A DNA stretch of 64,000 bases from Veleropilina oligotropha (taxonomy: Eukaryota), in the NCBI GenBank assembly GCA_048128005.1, contig JBEUKZ010000127.1:124001-188000 (forward strand). Reading direction: 5' to 3'. Made by a program: the position numbers and the translations under genes. A model generated the notes under the pieces. It was not told the origin of the DNA, did no database searches, and was given only the letters and a program-made list of their open reading frames with translations. How positions within the stretch are numbered: position 1 is the first letter of the stretch; each line of letters begins with the position of its first letter. This document shows, in pieces, positions 50,031 through 62,800 of this stretch.

Positions 50031-50428
50031 AGCTAATAATACAGATACTCTAGTGGTGAATATATCGACAAATATCAGACTACCACATGAAAACGCACAA
50101 GACAGACCGACAGTAACTGGATACAACAATCTCAAAACAGACTCACATGCGTGTCACGTGATTTGTGTTCACTTTACCTGTTTACGTTCAGAGAAATTCG
50201 TAACTACCTTGTTCGGGCCTTTTCGGTCAATTTGGAAATGCAGCACAAATGGGTTATTTTGTTTCGTACTGTGTTACACATGATAAAAAGCGGGCCATGG
50301 TTATGCTGATCGTCAGCTGTCAAAGTATACCCTTGAAAATATACGATTCGGGAAGTCAGTTTTGATGTCCAATGAGTGCAATTTACTCGGGAATTTCCGG
50401 AGAGAGTAATTTCGGAGGCATTTAAAAC
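50031..50428. promoter_or_regulatory. Shared bidirectional promoter region of GLOD4 and MRM3
   Basis: 398 bp between divergent ATGs; GTCACGTGA E-box near 50153, ETS-like CGGGAAGT near 50349, YY1-like AACATGGCCGC over the MRM3 ATG. Confidence 0.7.
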
Positions 50429-50802
50429 ATGGCCGCGCCCATGTGGCACTCATGTCATTTGCGATGTTCTATCTTTCCGAGATCATTTATTTTATTGAAA
50501 CATTCCCTGACCAGGAGCTATGGTCGAGGCATTCGACGTCGAATTGTCAATGTACTGACACCAGAAGAAGAGCAAGCAATTCTTAAAAAGAAATTTCCTA
50601 GTGACAAATCGAAAAATTCGTCTGCTTCCAGTTCAGTAAAAATGATCTTTAGGGACGGCAATGATGCACAAATGACCAGGCGCCCATCGTTAAATTCAAA
50701 GATAGTCAAGGGCACTTCTAATAATAATACAATTAACACGAATTATGGATATTATGGAAAGTTAAAATACGAAAAGTTGCAGGAATTTGATAAGCGATTT
50801 GG
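50429..50802 (+). CDS. MRM3: MRM3 exon 1 (MAAPMWHSCHLR...LKYEKLQEFDKRFG)
   Basis: ATG at 50429; donor GG|GTACGT, phase 2, matches exon 2. Confidence 0.85.
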
Positions 50803-53800
50803 GTACGTGAAATCCAGACTTGTCTAACACTCACAGACCTGTATAATTATCATAGGCCCTAAATATGGTGTCGTCAGTTTTTGGTACATTTTTTAAACAA
50901 TAAACTACAGTGGCAAGACTAAAGTTACATATCATCGAAGAAAATATTTAATATTTAAAGGTATCGGTTCCTGAGATATTAGCGTATTCAATATATATAT
51001 TTACAGATCGAGGGGCACTTGCAGTTTAGGGGTCCCCAGTAGAGGGTTAGCTAACCCTGCTTACTAATACATAGGTAGCAGATGACGTCACGCAGTCCCA
51101 TAATTCTGTGTGCGGCGCCATTGCAGAAGGAAAGGAATAACACCAGGGATATAAGATTACAGTATAAATCGATTTGACAATTATGTGAAAATAAATGATA
51201 AAGATAGAAATTAATGGAAGCATTGTGACGGTACTTTCAATATATTAAATATATATTGTCGTTTGGGTTCGATTTGGTTTAGTTCATACAACAACAGCAG
51301 AGCCTTCGTCATTTAAATTAAATAACTGGTCCAATTTTAGGCTATTAATTAAGCCTAGTCATAGCTAAAATTTCATTCGAATCTTACAATTAGCCTTATA
51401 AATACCTTTTGTGTTCTTTATTCAACTGTCGACGGTAACAATAGCGTTGAACATACATCGAATTGAAATAAAATCAGACCGCCATCAAAGTTTGATACAT
51501 TGATTCATAGTTTTAAAACGTAAAAGTAGGCGCCTACGTTAGTCCCTTTGATCAGAAATGTTGTCCATTGTAATGTGAAAGCAATTTTCGCATTCCGAGT
51601 GTATTTCGGTATTTATATATTTAATCTAAAATTCGAGATTATAATTTATTTCGTACATGCCTCGGGTCTGTGCACATGGCGACTGCTAGGGAACAAACAC
51701 ATACGCGCAGTGATATAGCTGTGGATTTTCCAAACATGTGCGACACGTTAAGTTTAATAGTCTTTTTCAAAAAAAAATAAAAAAAATAAGCTTAAATGTG
51801 TTACCATTGGAAGTGTAGGTATACAGCAAATTTTTTGTTTAATTTTATAAACTTTGAAAGACAGACATTAGATCAAGAACTAGATTTTATTGCGGAACGT
51901 TCAAATTGCGCAAGCTGGTTATTTCAGTCAAATGGTGTTTGTAGCCTAGATGTGTTTACAAGAAACAATGGGTCTGCCGCACAAATAAAATGTTACCTAT
52001 TTATCAGCTTCGCAATGACATCCTGTGGTCTCAGTTGAATTATCAACAAGACAATAACCATTGAAAATAACAATTAGCACTGCAGCGGGGTACTAAAGAA
52101 CGGCGTGCAATGCATGCGCACTTTGACTTTCAAGTCGGGGAAACATTCAATTAATCCGTAAAAAGACAAAACGTACGTACTATAATAGGCTTACTACATT
52201 TAGTAATATACATACGATAATTTATTGACAATTTATATAATGTAGGAACTAATTAACTAAAACGTAGAAACTAATTAACTCAAGTCAGTAACAGTATAGC
52301 TTATTACATTAATATTTACTTCATTCGCCGCATTTGTTTTTCTGCGGTTGCGATATCAAACGTAACAACTTCCCATAAGAACAGCAAGTCGTGAATATTC
52401 AAAAATTAAATGAATGCTCCTTCACACGTATTTTATTGTTTTCTACAAATATTTTACGTATTGACCAGTATTCATTTGATTGACTGCTACGAGTGTTTGC
52501 CTTCCGCGATGACGGACGACTCAGTGATCACGTGGTTTTGGTCACGTGTCTGCAACCTATGTATACACTGCCCCAAATGCCCATAGAATATACTCCTAAA
52601 CCCTAATGCCCATATTGTAAGGTAATGTCCATAAATCGTGTCCAAATTGTATATTGATCAAGGGTACATGACGAATAGTACCATGGAGACCAGATGGGGC
52701 AGATCGAACATCATTTACTTTAAAAATGTAATGCGACTATTGTATATAAGCACCATGCATCTATTTTCATTTCCACAATTGTTCAAGTTGAAATTGTTGA
52801 TAAACTAATACCAGTAAGTAACATTTTCTTCTTCTGTTTATGGCATATATTCAGCAAGAAAGTGTGAGACGAATCAATAGCATGTCAGAATATCACGTCT
52901 TCTGTAGTCGAGTGCGAGCTCAGTCACTCGTAATTCATCCTCTCGACAGCTTTGTCAAACAGGAGTGCATTCAAATCTTGGATGGGGCAATGAAATTCTC
53001 TGTTCAGTTACGAATTTTAGTTATCCATAACATACTAGAGAGGGTGTTTTCCTGGGTGACCATGCTTTATTCCCGCGATAATATGGACATGTCCTGGTAT
53101 GAACATTCATGACGGTTGTTTGAAATTTTATTTTAAGCATCGATCTAAAAGAGACCGCAGTATTTGATGTTTGGTAATGAATATTGAATAAGGCCAAAAA
53201 AATGTCTTGGTTCCTGTTACCCGACCCTACCTAAATTTTCTGTCCTACCCTAAAGTTTTTATCAGTGATTTATTTATTTTAAAAAATCCATCTCGCCTCT
53301 GACCGTCCTATTTGCGCCCTGGACATGCTGGAAGGTTTTGTGATATGTCTATTAAATAGGATTAATGGCTGCATATTACCATATGTCATGGAATTTACTT
53401 CAGTTGATTGTTTAATTTTGAGAAAAATAGATACATATATAAAAAACTATTTCAAAAATAAAAATATTTACCTATGAGCAGGTAACAGGAACCAAACAAT
53501 TTTTTTTTGGCCTAACACAATTTATGACATCTTTACTCTTTATTTATACATTGGATAAACTCCGACCTATCCAGGGCAATTAAAACATAATAGATCGAAT
53601 ACGTACGGTACAAATATTGCTGAAGCTGTCATGGGATTATTGAAACATGCAGAGTCAAACTGAAATGTTATATTTGAGCTGATATTAATATATGGCATGC
53701 ATTTGTGTACTGTATAATGCATTCATTTACTTTCCAGGCCTGTTATAAACTGTGCCAAATCCAGGAAGCACCGAGAAAAGAAAGGTGAAATCTTGCTGGA

Positions 53801-56800
53801 AGGTCGCCGCTTGATCATTGACGCTCTAGAGGCGGGGGCCACTGCTAAAGCTATTTTCTTTAGCGGTAAAGAGATTTTAGAAGGTCTGCCCCATGACTTA
53901 ATAACGGTACCACTCTTCAAAGTATTGTACAAGCACATGAAGCTCTGGTCAGATGTCGTGACTCCCGCAGGAATAATGGGTAAGAAGCTTTTACATAATA
54001 ATAATATTACATACATTTGTATAGTGCATTTTAAACAATGTATTCTTGTTGAAGACTTTAGAGAGATATATGAATTTAAATGTGTATAGTGTTGTGGCCT
54101 CTAAATAGACTAATTAAGCCTTTTAGATGTATAGGTTGATTGTTTCATAATGTTGAAGCAAAATACAACAAGAGTCATCAGGAGAAGACATATCCCCCCT
54201 GGTGGAACATTAATTGTAACACTACATCCCTGCTTTTAAGTTGAAGCAAGAAGACAGAGCCATCAATTATCCCCCCTCAATGGTAAATACACAATTACTA
54301 TATGCTGTATGTTCTTTAAAGTACAATAGCATATATCATTGTTTCAAATAATAACAAGGGAATAACATTAACAAATTTACAACAAGGGCAATAACTCTGT
54401 TATTAATCGCCGCACAAAGTTGCAATTAGCAAAAGGCACCAGTTCACCAACTACTTAATACACCCAAGCAAGTTTCGTTAAGTTGTGTATGAGATACGCT
54501 CCTGAAAAGATAACATTAACAAATTTACAACAAGGGCAGTAACTCTGTTATTAATCATTGCACAACGTCGAAACTGACAAAAACACCAGGTCACCGACTA
54601 CTTAATACACCCAGCAAGTTCATAAAGTTATGTCGAGTGGTGTAAGAGATAGGGTCCGGAAGATAAAACATTAAGGAATTTACAACAAGGGCAGTAACTC
54701 TGTTAATAATTTCCGCACCAGTTCAACGATTACTTAATACACCCAGCAAGTTTCGTAAAGTTATGTCGAGCGGTGTAAGAGATACGCTCCGGTAGAGAAA
54801 ACATTTACGAATTTCCAACAAGGGCAGTAACTCTGTTAATAATTTCCGCCCAATGTCGAAACTAGCAAAAGGCACCAGTTCACCAACCATTTAATACACC
54901 CAGCAAGTTTTGTAAATTTATGTCGAGCGGTGGAAGAGATACGCTCTGGAAGAGAAAACATTTACGAATTTCCAACAAGGGCAGTAACTCTGTTAATAAT
55001 TTCCGCCCAACATCGAAACTCAGGACGGGTCATTGGTACAATATAATAGATTGTGCAAATGATGCATATTTCACACCAAGGTAATTTCTTCATATGAGGA
55101 TCTCTTGTGCACTAAGCTTTAGGGATTCTGGAAAAAGGTTAAGATATTCTTCTTCTTAAGTTATGCCGTATCATAAGATAAAAATTTGATGATTCAGTTG
55201 ATAGATATGTATGTCCATATACTGAATGTTCAGGGCCTAGTAGAAATTAACCCATTTTATCAATGATGTCACTGATGGTAGTTTGCTCATCATCATGCAT
55301 TATATTTAAGATATTATAACTTTGATATATATATATATATATGCTCCGAAAATGATATCGATTACATACAGACGGACAGACAGACTGGGCGATCGCAAGA
55401 TCCCCCCGTTGGGGGATAAAAATCACGACCGATTTCTGTAATTGATAACCTGCAACCTACCGGGCATGGTGGTCATCTATGCAATTTATAAATTGGTCTA
55501 GAGCTATGATTGTTCTAGTCCACTAGGTTTTGGATTGGACCAATGCTTTGATGACCACTATAGAGTTTCGCCCACGATATTATTATATGGACAAGCCTAT
55601 ATGACCCTGAACGGTGTTAATTGGACATTACTTTGATTGGGAAGATTATTCTAATCCACTACATGTATAACCCAATTTAAAGAGACTATTGCCCGTAAAT
55701 GCGCTCTTTCTTTTTTAAAAGGAAAACTAACAGCATTGCACTTTTTGTTTATAACATAAAAAGTTAGGAATTTTCAACACTCAACTGTCGTCAGTAATTT
55801 GCTACTGTTTAAATTAATCGCTACTGAATATTTGAAAATAATAAAATGCGGTCCGCGTTTAATTACCTCGCACCGAGTTCATTTCCAATTGACCTAGTTG
55901 GAGCACAGTTGCGTTGGTTTCTGCTCATCAAGTAAGATAGCTTTCTACTTGACAATAACATATATTGCCCAGTTACAATAATAATTTCAATAAAAGTTTT
56001 ATCATTTTGATCATATATGGATCATATCATCGCAAAATTTGTATCAATCTGCGCGAACCGGGCGATAGAGGGAGTCAGGACAACTCGTGGCAGAGACAAC
56101 TCGTGCGAAAGAGCGCATTTACGGGCAATGGTCTCTTTAAGACAAAGTGTTTTGTTAACGTCTCATCTAGCTGTGAATTTTTGTAAAACTTGTACATGTA
56201 TTTATGCCCCTGCAGTGATGTTTTCCTTTATGAATAAGAAATAGATTGTAGACGTGATTCTGATTATATAATGACTGTATGTTCATGTAATAGCTTCACT
56301 AGGGTGCATGTTTGTGTCTCATGAGAACTTTCACAGACTTTTATAATATTCACAATAAAATTAGGCACTTAAAACTGAAAATTAAAGGCATGCTAACTGT
56401 ACTAGGGATGTGCAGTACTGGGATGTGTAATATTGTTTTGTATTTTAGGCATTTTTAACATGCCAAAACAAGGTGAAGCCATCATGGAAAATTCCGAACC
56501 TGTTCCTATCACGTTAGTTTGTGACAATGTTCGAGATCCCGGAAACATGGGATCCCTCATCCGCACGGCTGCTGCCGTTGGCTGCAAAAGGATCCTTGCA
56601 ACGAAAGGTATGGATCAATTGTTATAATCATTATTGCGCATGGGACACCAATTTTCATTTTTAGGCAATAAAATTAAATTAGTAACTATTAAAGGTACAA
56701 TCCCTTAAGCTTGTTGACGCAAATAATTGACTGGTTAAAAATACCTTTCCGACCATACCCGTGGGTCATACCAACTTGGCGCGGGGAATAAGGCCCGATG

Positions 56801-59800
56801 GAGGGCAGCACATCTATATATATATATCAACTGAACGTAAACCAATCAATTAAATTGATAAATGTCCTAGTCGGAGATGATGCAGTCAGGTATTAAATAG
56901 AGATAGTTAACATAATGGCTGACATCTTGATATTAGTCAAATTTTAATGTTTTACAATATATACAAGAGGTCACGCTGTGAAGATCAATGCCTATGACTG
57001 GACAATCGTTTTTATTATGCCCCCACCAATTTATTGGGGGACATCTAGATTTACTTTTGTCCGACCGTCCCGAAAACCAGTATTTGCATGCAAGTAACTC
57101 CAATCTGAGCACTATAACTTACATTTGCCTTCATGGATTGATTTGATACTTCATACACTTGGTTATCATCATTCATACTTCCCTTCTGCGATCCACCCAT
57201 GTCGCCCCGTATGCCCAAGGTGAAGGTCAAATGACTTAGCTCTTGGGACCAGTATTTGCATGGTAGCAGCTCCTATTCTGTTATAACTTTCATCATCCTT
57301 CATGGATTGACTTGATACTTCGTACACTTGCTTATCATCATTCATACTTCGCTTCTGCGACCCACCCATGCCGCCCCTATGCCCAAGGTCAATTGACTTA
57401 GGTCTTCTGACCAGTATTTGCATGCGAGTAACTCCCTTCTGTTATAGCTTCCATCTGCCGTGTTGGATTGTTATTTCATACACTTGCTTATCATCATTCA
57501 TACTTTCCTTTTGCGACCCACACATGTCAGTAAATAACTTGACAAAACGATCTTTGCTGCCCCTATTGTCAAGGCTGCCAGTGGGGGCATGCATGTCCGA
57601 TGGACACATTTCTAATTTGGCCCAAAGTCTAAGTTTTTGGGAATTAAATGAATTCAGTTACTAAGTTTTTGCAAGTTCCTATTTAATTATGCTCAGTACA
57701 TTATTATGTAAAGATGTGATGAAATTTTAACATGAAAAGTTTTGTATTCATTTAGGTTTATTATAGCATCAATTATGCATGTTCTGTGGTGTTATATTAT
57801 AACTCTCTTGTTCCAGACCTCCTTCAAGTTTTTGAATTTCATCGAACAGTTGCTTCCTTCCATAGCAACATTGTACTTCGCCCACCTACCTGTCTGTGCT
57901 GCTTCCGAAGTTCATGTTCGCTGAAGTCAAGTTGATTTCAATGGATACTCCCAGCTTTCATCTCACAAAAATATAGACATGTCTCAATATAACCTTGAAC
58001 GTTAAATGAGACAATAACAAACCCAACATATCATTTGAATTGCTGATGCACACACAGAATGTACTTTGAATGTTACTTTTCTCTGGATGATATGTATCGA
58101 TTGCGCTAACTATTAAACAGGAGTGGGTTCGAAATTTGTTTGAGGCAATGGCATTGTTTGTTCAGCTATTAATCGCAGTTATCCTTAACTGGACGGAGAG
58201 AGCAGGTTTCTCCGAGCGAATGGGCATTCCTCCCGCGATAATATGAACATGTCCTGCCTTGAACCTGAAGATTGTAAATATACAGGACTTTTAGCATCGA
58301 TTCAAACCCTACAATGATACATCCATAGAGTCCTCATTATTGCAGACATTTTAAGACCATCTTGATTTGATGTTATGATATCAGTTTTTGTCGCTTTGGT
58401 TTGTTGCATTGGAAATGAATGGGCACACGTTACTGTAATGGATAAGAGCCTGGTTTTCAATTCATTTAGGCCATGGGCCAGGTATGGTTTATCTGCACCC
58501 CCCCCACAACCCTCTAACCCCATGTTTTTCTGGACCATTGGGGTTCCCTGGGGTGGAAATCAACTGGTAACAGTGAATAAACTGGGATGAACTATCCATT
58601 TGGGAAATATATTTGATGGTACCCTCAAAACATCGATTTTTTCGTCGCTTTCGCATCATATTCAACACGTGTTCTTTTCAGTTTCTAAAATGGTTAATAT
58701 TGCTTCATAGCAAAACTGTATGCATCAACAGAAAGCTGGTCAACTACTAACCATCATAAAATATTCATATTGCAGATTTAATGGATTATTGGTTATCAAA
58801 ACTGGGGTTGAATGGCAGTACCCCACCCCCTTTTTCATCTTAGTGGAATGGACCAAAATATTTCAGCTTTTACATGTTATATATATATATATATATAATA
58901 AGAGTGCATAACCCCCAATATACACGAATAAATAGTTTTCTACATTATCCCAGCTTTCATTTGATACCAGAAACATCTCCATAGCTCCAAAATACTATTT
59001 GATACAGCATGTCAAAGATACCGCCGGTTCATAAAAAATGGACACCTGATGCCACAATTTTCATTTTTCTAACCGCTTCTGTTGCAAACTATATTAGAAC
59101 TGCATATATATCTTATTAAATTTATATATATTATTGATTTTGTAGGGAAACGACCAGGTATAGTGTAAGTGCAACCCCTCCACATACAACCCCCCCCCCC
59201 CCCTCCCCCATGATCTCATGTTTTTCTGGATTGGGGTTGAATAACGGCACCCTACTTTTCATAGTAATGTGGAAGCGACTACAATATTTCAGCTTGTACA
59301 AGTTATATATATATATATATATATCTTAATATAATGGAGCTATAATTGTATGTGTGTCTGTCTGTCTGTCTGTTTCAAGTTGAACTCCTCCCAGACGCTT
59401 TGACCTAGGACCTTCAAACTTTGGGGGGTTAATCGGGGTCCCCCAAGGAAGGTTTACCACGAAAAAAATTCGGAAAATTCGCGAAAAAAAAAAAAATTTA
59501 CTATCATTTTTAATATAATCGAGAAAAAAAAAAAAAAAAAAAAGGGAGCACTATCCAAAAAAAAAAAAAAAAATTGGGGCTGGGGGGACTTACCCGGCGA
59601 AGACGGGTACCATTGCTAGTATATACAAAAATAAGAGTACATAACGCCTTATATGAATGAATAAATAGGTTTATAGCATTCTACATTATCCCAGCTTTCA
59701 ATTGATACCAAAACTTCTCCATAGCTCCAAAATCATATTTGATACTGTATCTCACATCAAAAATGTTCGCCAGATGCCACAATTTTCTTTTTCTAACCGA

Positions 59801-62800
59801 TTCTGTTGCAAACTAGACTAGAACTGTATTTATATTTTAAATATAATATTAACCCCCCACCCCCACCCCCCCACACACACACACAACCGTCCGACCCCAT
59901 AAGTTTTCTGGACCACCGGGGTCCCTCAGACATACTTCATGGTACTCTCAAAACATCGATTTTATTATCGATGTCGCGCCATATTCAACACTCTTGTTCT
60001 TTCAGTGTCTGTGATGGTTAATATTGCATTATATCAAAAATGCATACATCAAAGAAAATCTTGTCATCGTATAATTATCATAAAATGTTCATATAGCAGG
60101 TTTAATGGATTATTGCTTGTCGTAACTGGGATTGAATAGCAATATTACCCCACTTTTTCTCTTCGTAATGCGGAAATGACTAAAATATTTCAGCTTTTAG
60201 TTATGTATATAAAATAAGAATATATAGCTCCTTATATGCACGAGTAAATAATTTTCTATCATTCTGCATTATACCAACTTTCAATTAATATCACAATATC
60301 CACTTTTGTTACAACTTACAGTAAATGTATAAAGGATATCGCCAATTCGTGGAATCCTTGAACGCTGGTACGAGTTAGAAGAGTTACTTAAATGTACAAT
60401 ATACATTGCATTCGTCCAGCCAGGTCTGGTTCAACGTGTACCTTCCAAGGATAGAACCAGCATTTGAGGTCAAATGGGAAGCCTTCCTGGCACACATGCA
60501 GGGCTCAGAAGTCATCGGAGCACCACACATCGCCTCGCAAGACAGTGTGTCAACGAATGCCGGCAGCAACTGTTCGAAGGAATATAGGGCAGTGCAGATT
60601 CTAGCAACATTTGTGGTATGTGCAATTGCAAAACGATTGCCATAGGCCATCCGTGGTGTGAAAGGCATCGACCCCCCTCTCAGATCTCTGAATGCATATA
60701 CACCATACCTGATCCTTTTTCCTCAAATCAATAATATATTAAAATAAGTTATAAATACAGTTCTAGTCTAGTTTGCAACAGAAGCATCTGTGGCATCTGG
60801 CGAACATTTTCGATGAACCGGAGGTATCTGTGAGATACAGTATCAAATATGATTTTGGATCTATGGAGATGTTTCTGGTATCAATTGAAAGCTGGGATAA
60901 TGTAGAATGCTAGAAACCTATTAATTCATGCATATAAGCCTTAAAGGAGTTATGTATTCTTATTTTTGTATATATATAACTTGTATACGCTGAAATATTG
61001 TAGTCTCTTCCACATTACAACGAAAAAGTAGGGTTCCGCTATTCAACTCCAATCCAGAAAAACGGGGGGGGGGGGGGGGGGATGCATTTACACCATACCT
61101 GGTCCCATCTCTACAAAATCAATAATATATATAAATTTAATAAGATATATGTGCAGTTCTAATATAGTTTGCAACAGAAGCGGTTAGAACAATGAAAATT
61201 GTGGCATCAGGTGTCCATTTTTGATGAACCGGCGGTATATTTGAGATGCTGTATCAAATAGTATTTTGGAGCTATGGAGCCGTTTCTGGTATCAAATGAA
61301 AGCTGGGATAATAGAATGCTAGAAAACTATTTATTCGTATATATTGGGGGTTATGCACTCTTATTATATATATATAACATGTAAAAGCTGAAATATGTTG
61401 GTACATTCCGCTAAGATGAAAAATGGGGTGGGGTACTGCCATTCAACCCCCATTTTGATAACCAATAATCCATTAAATCTGCATATGAATATTTTGTGAT
61501 TGTCAGTAGTTGACCAGCTTTCTTTTGATGCATACAGTTTTGCTATGAAGCAATATTAACCACTTTAGAAACTGAAAAGAACAAGAGTGTTGAATATGAC
61601 GCTATAGGACGAAAACATCGATGTTTTGAGGGTACACATATACTGTCCGACGATAAGGAAGGTACGATTGTCATGCTTATTGCCTATCGTCATCTACAGA
61701 CAAATTCTCAAAGGCGTAGGTTCTGAGAGCATGAAAGAGTCCAAGAAATGAAAGAACAATCTCATACTTATGGAATTATAACATGAACGAAAATTAATTT
61801 ATCTGGTACCTCAGACTGACAAAAAAAGTTGGTGCTACACTTCATTGGAAAAGTTCTAACGAAAGGATCTAGGTGTAGAGAGGCTATCGCACTGACTACT
61901 ACAGATTCTACAAATTCCGACGCCATTTTTCCAAATCTCATCATTTCGGACATGCACTTATGTGGTTTCCCCAGTCTTTTAGGCATATGAGGTCATCGCC
62001 TCTCCATAAAACGAATCCGTTTTGCGTTCAACATGTTGAATGCATTGCGTTTAACGCATCCGTCTGACGGTGACGGATGAGTGTTGACGCATATATGTGA
62101 ATGGACATGTTTAAACGGATGCGTCTGACGTAGACATTGACGCATCAGTCTAACACATACATGTGTCTTCAGCTTAACTGCTTTGATTCACGGGAATGGG
62201 GTCAAGTCCTCGGTTGGGTACTTGATTCAGTTGTTCATATGCTTTCCTTCCATGATGCTGGTGACACGTGATATGACCTGTTCCATGATGCTGGTGACAC
62301 GTGATATGACCTGTTATCCTGCCTCCGACAACATTCTAGTCCATTCATTGGTTACATCACGTCACGTGCTGACCATGTAAAATAATCATATCTAGTGCAT
62401 CCGTTTCATATCACGTCAACGTAAAATGTCCTTGAGTGGCCTCGTTTTTCCGCCACCCGTACTCGCCCAGTCATTGGACAGATTTTGCAGAGCTCCACCA
62501 AGGGTCGCAATGGGTGTTTTGATATGATATTTTTGTATTATGTTGCTATATAATGTAGATCATAATAGATAATTATTACGTTGTTGTATTGTGGCATAAC
62601 TTTTATTACGGTATCGTTATGATTAAATTTGTTACTTTATTTCCAATAAATTTTGTTACGTTATTAACAATATATTTACTTATTTCCATTTCTCAAAATA
62701 TTACGTAATAATATATTTGCAGGTCGTCGACAGGATAAATACCTTACGCAGTTTGTTAGTGACCGAATACGGATTTTACCGGGGTCAGTGGAAATTTCAT

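Noticed and set aside
60330..60668. Protein-coding gene in the foldback spacer
   Set aside because: Short frames with stops, no confident family match and no splice signals; kept only as an unassigned patch.
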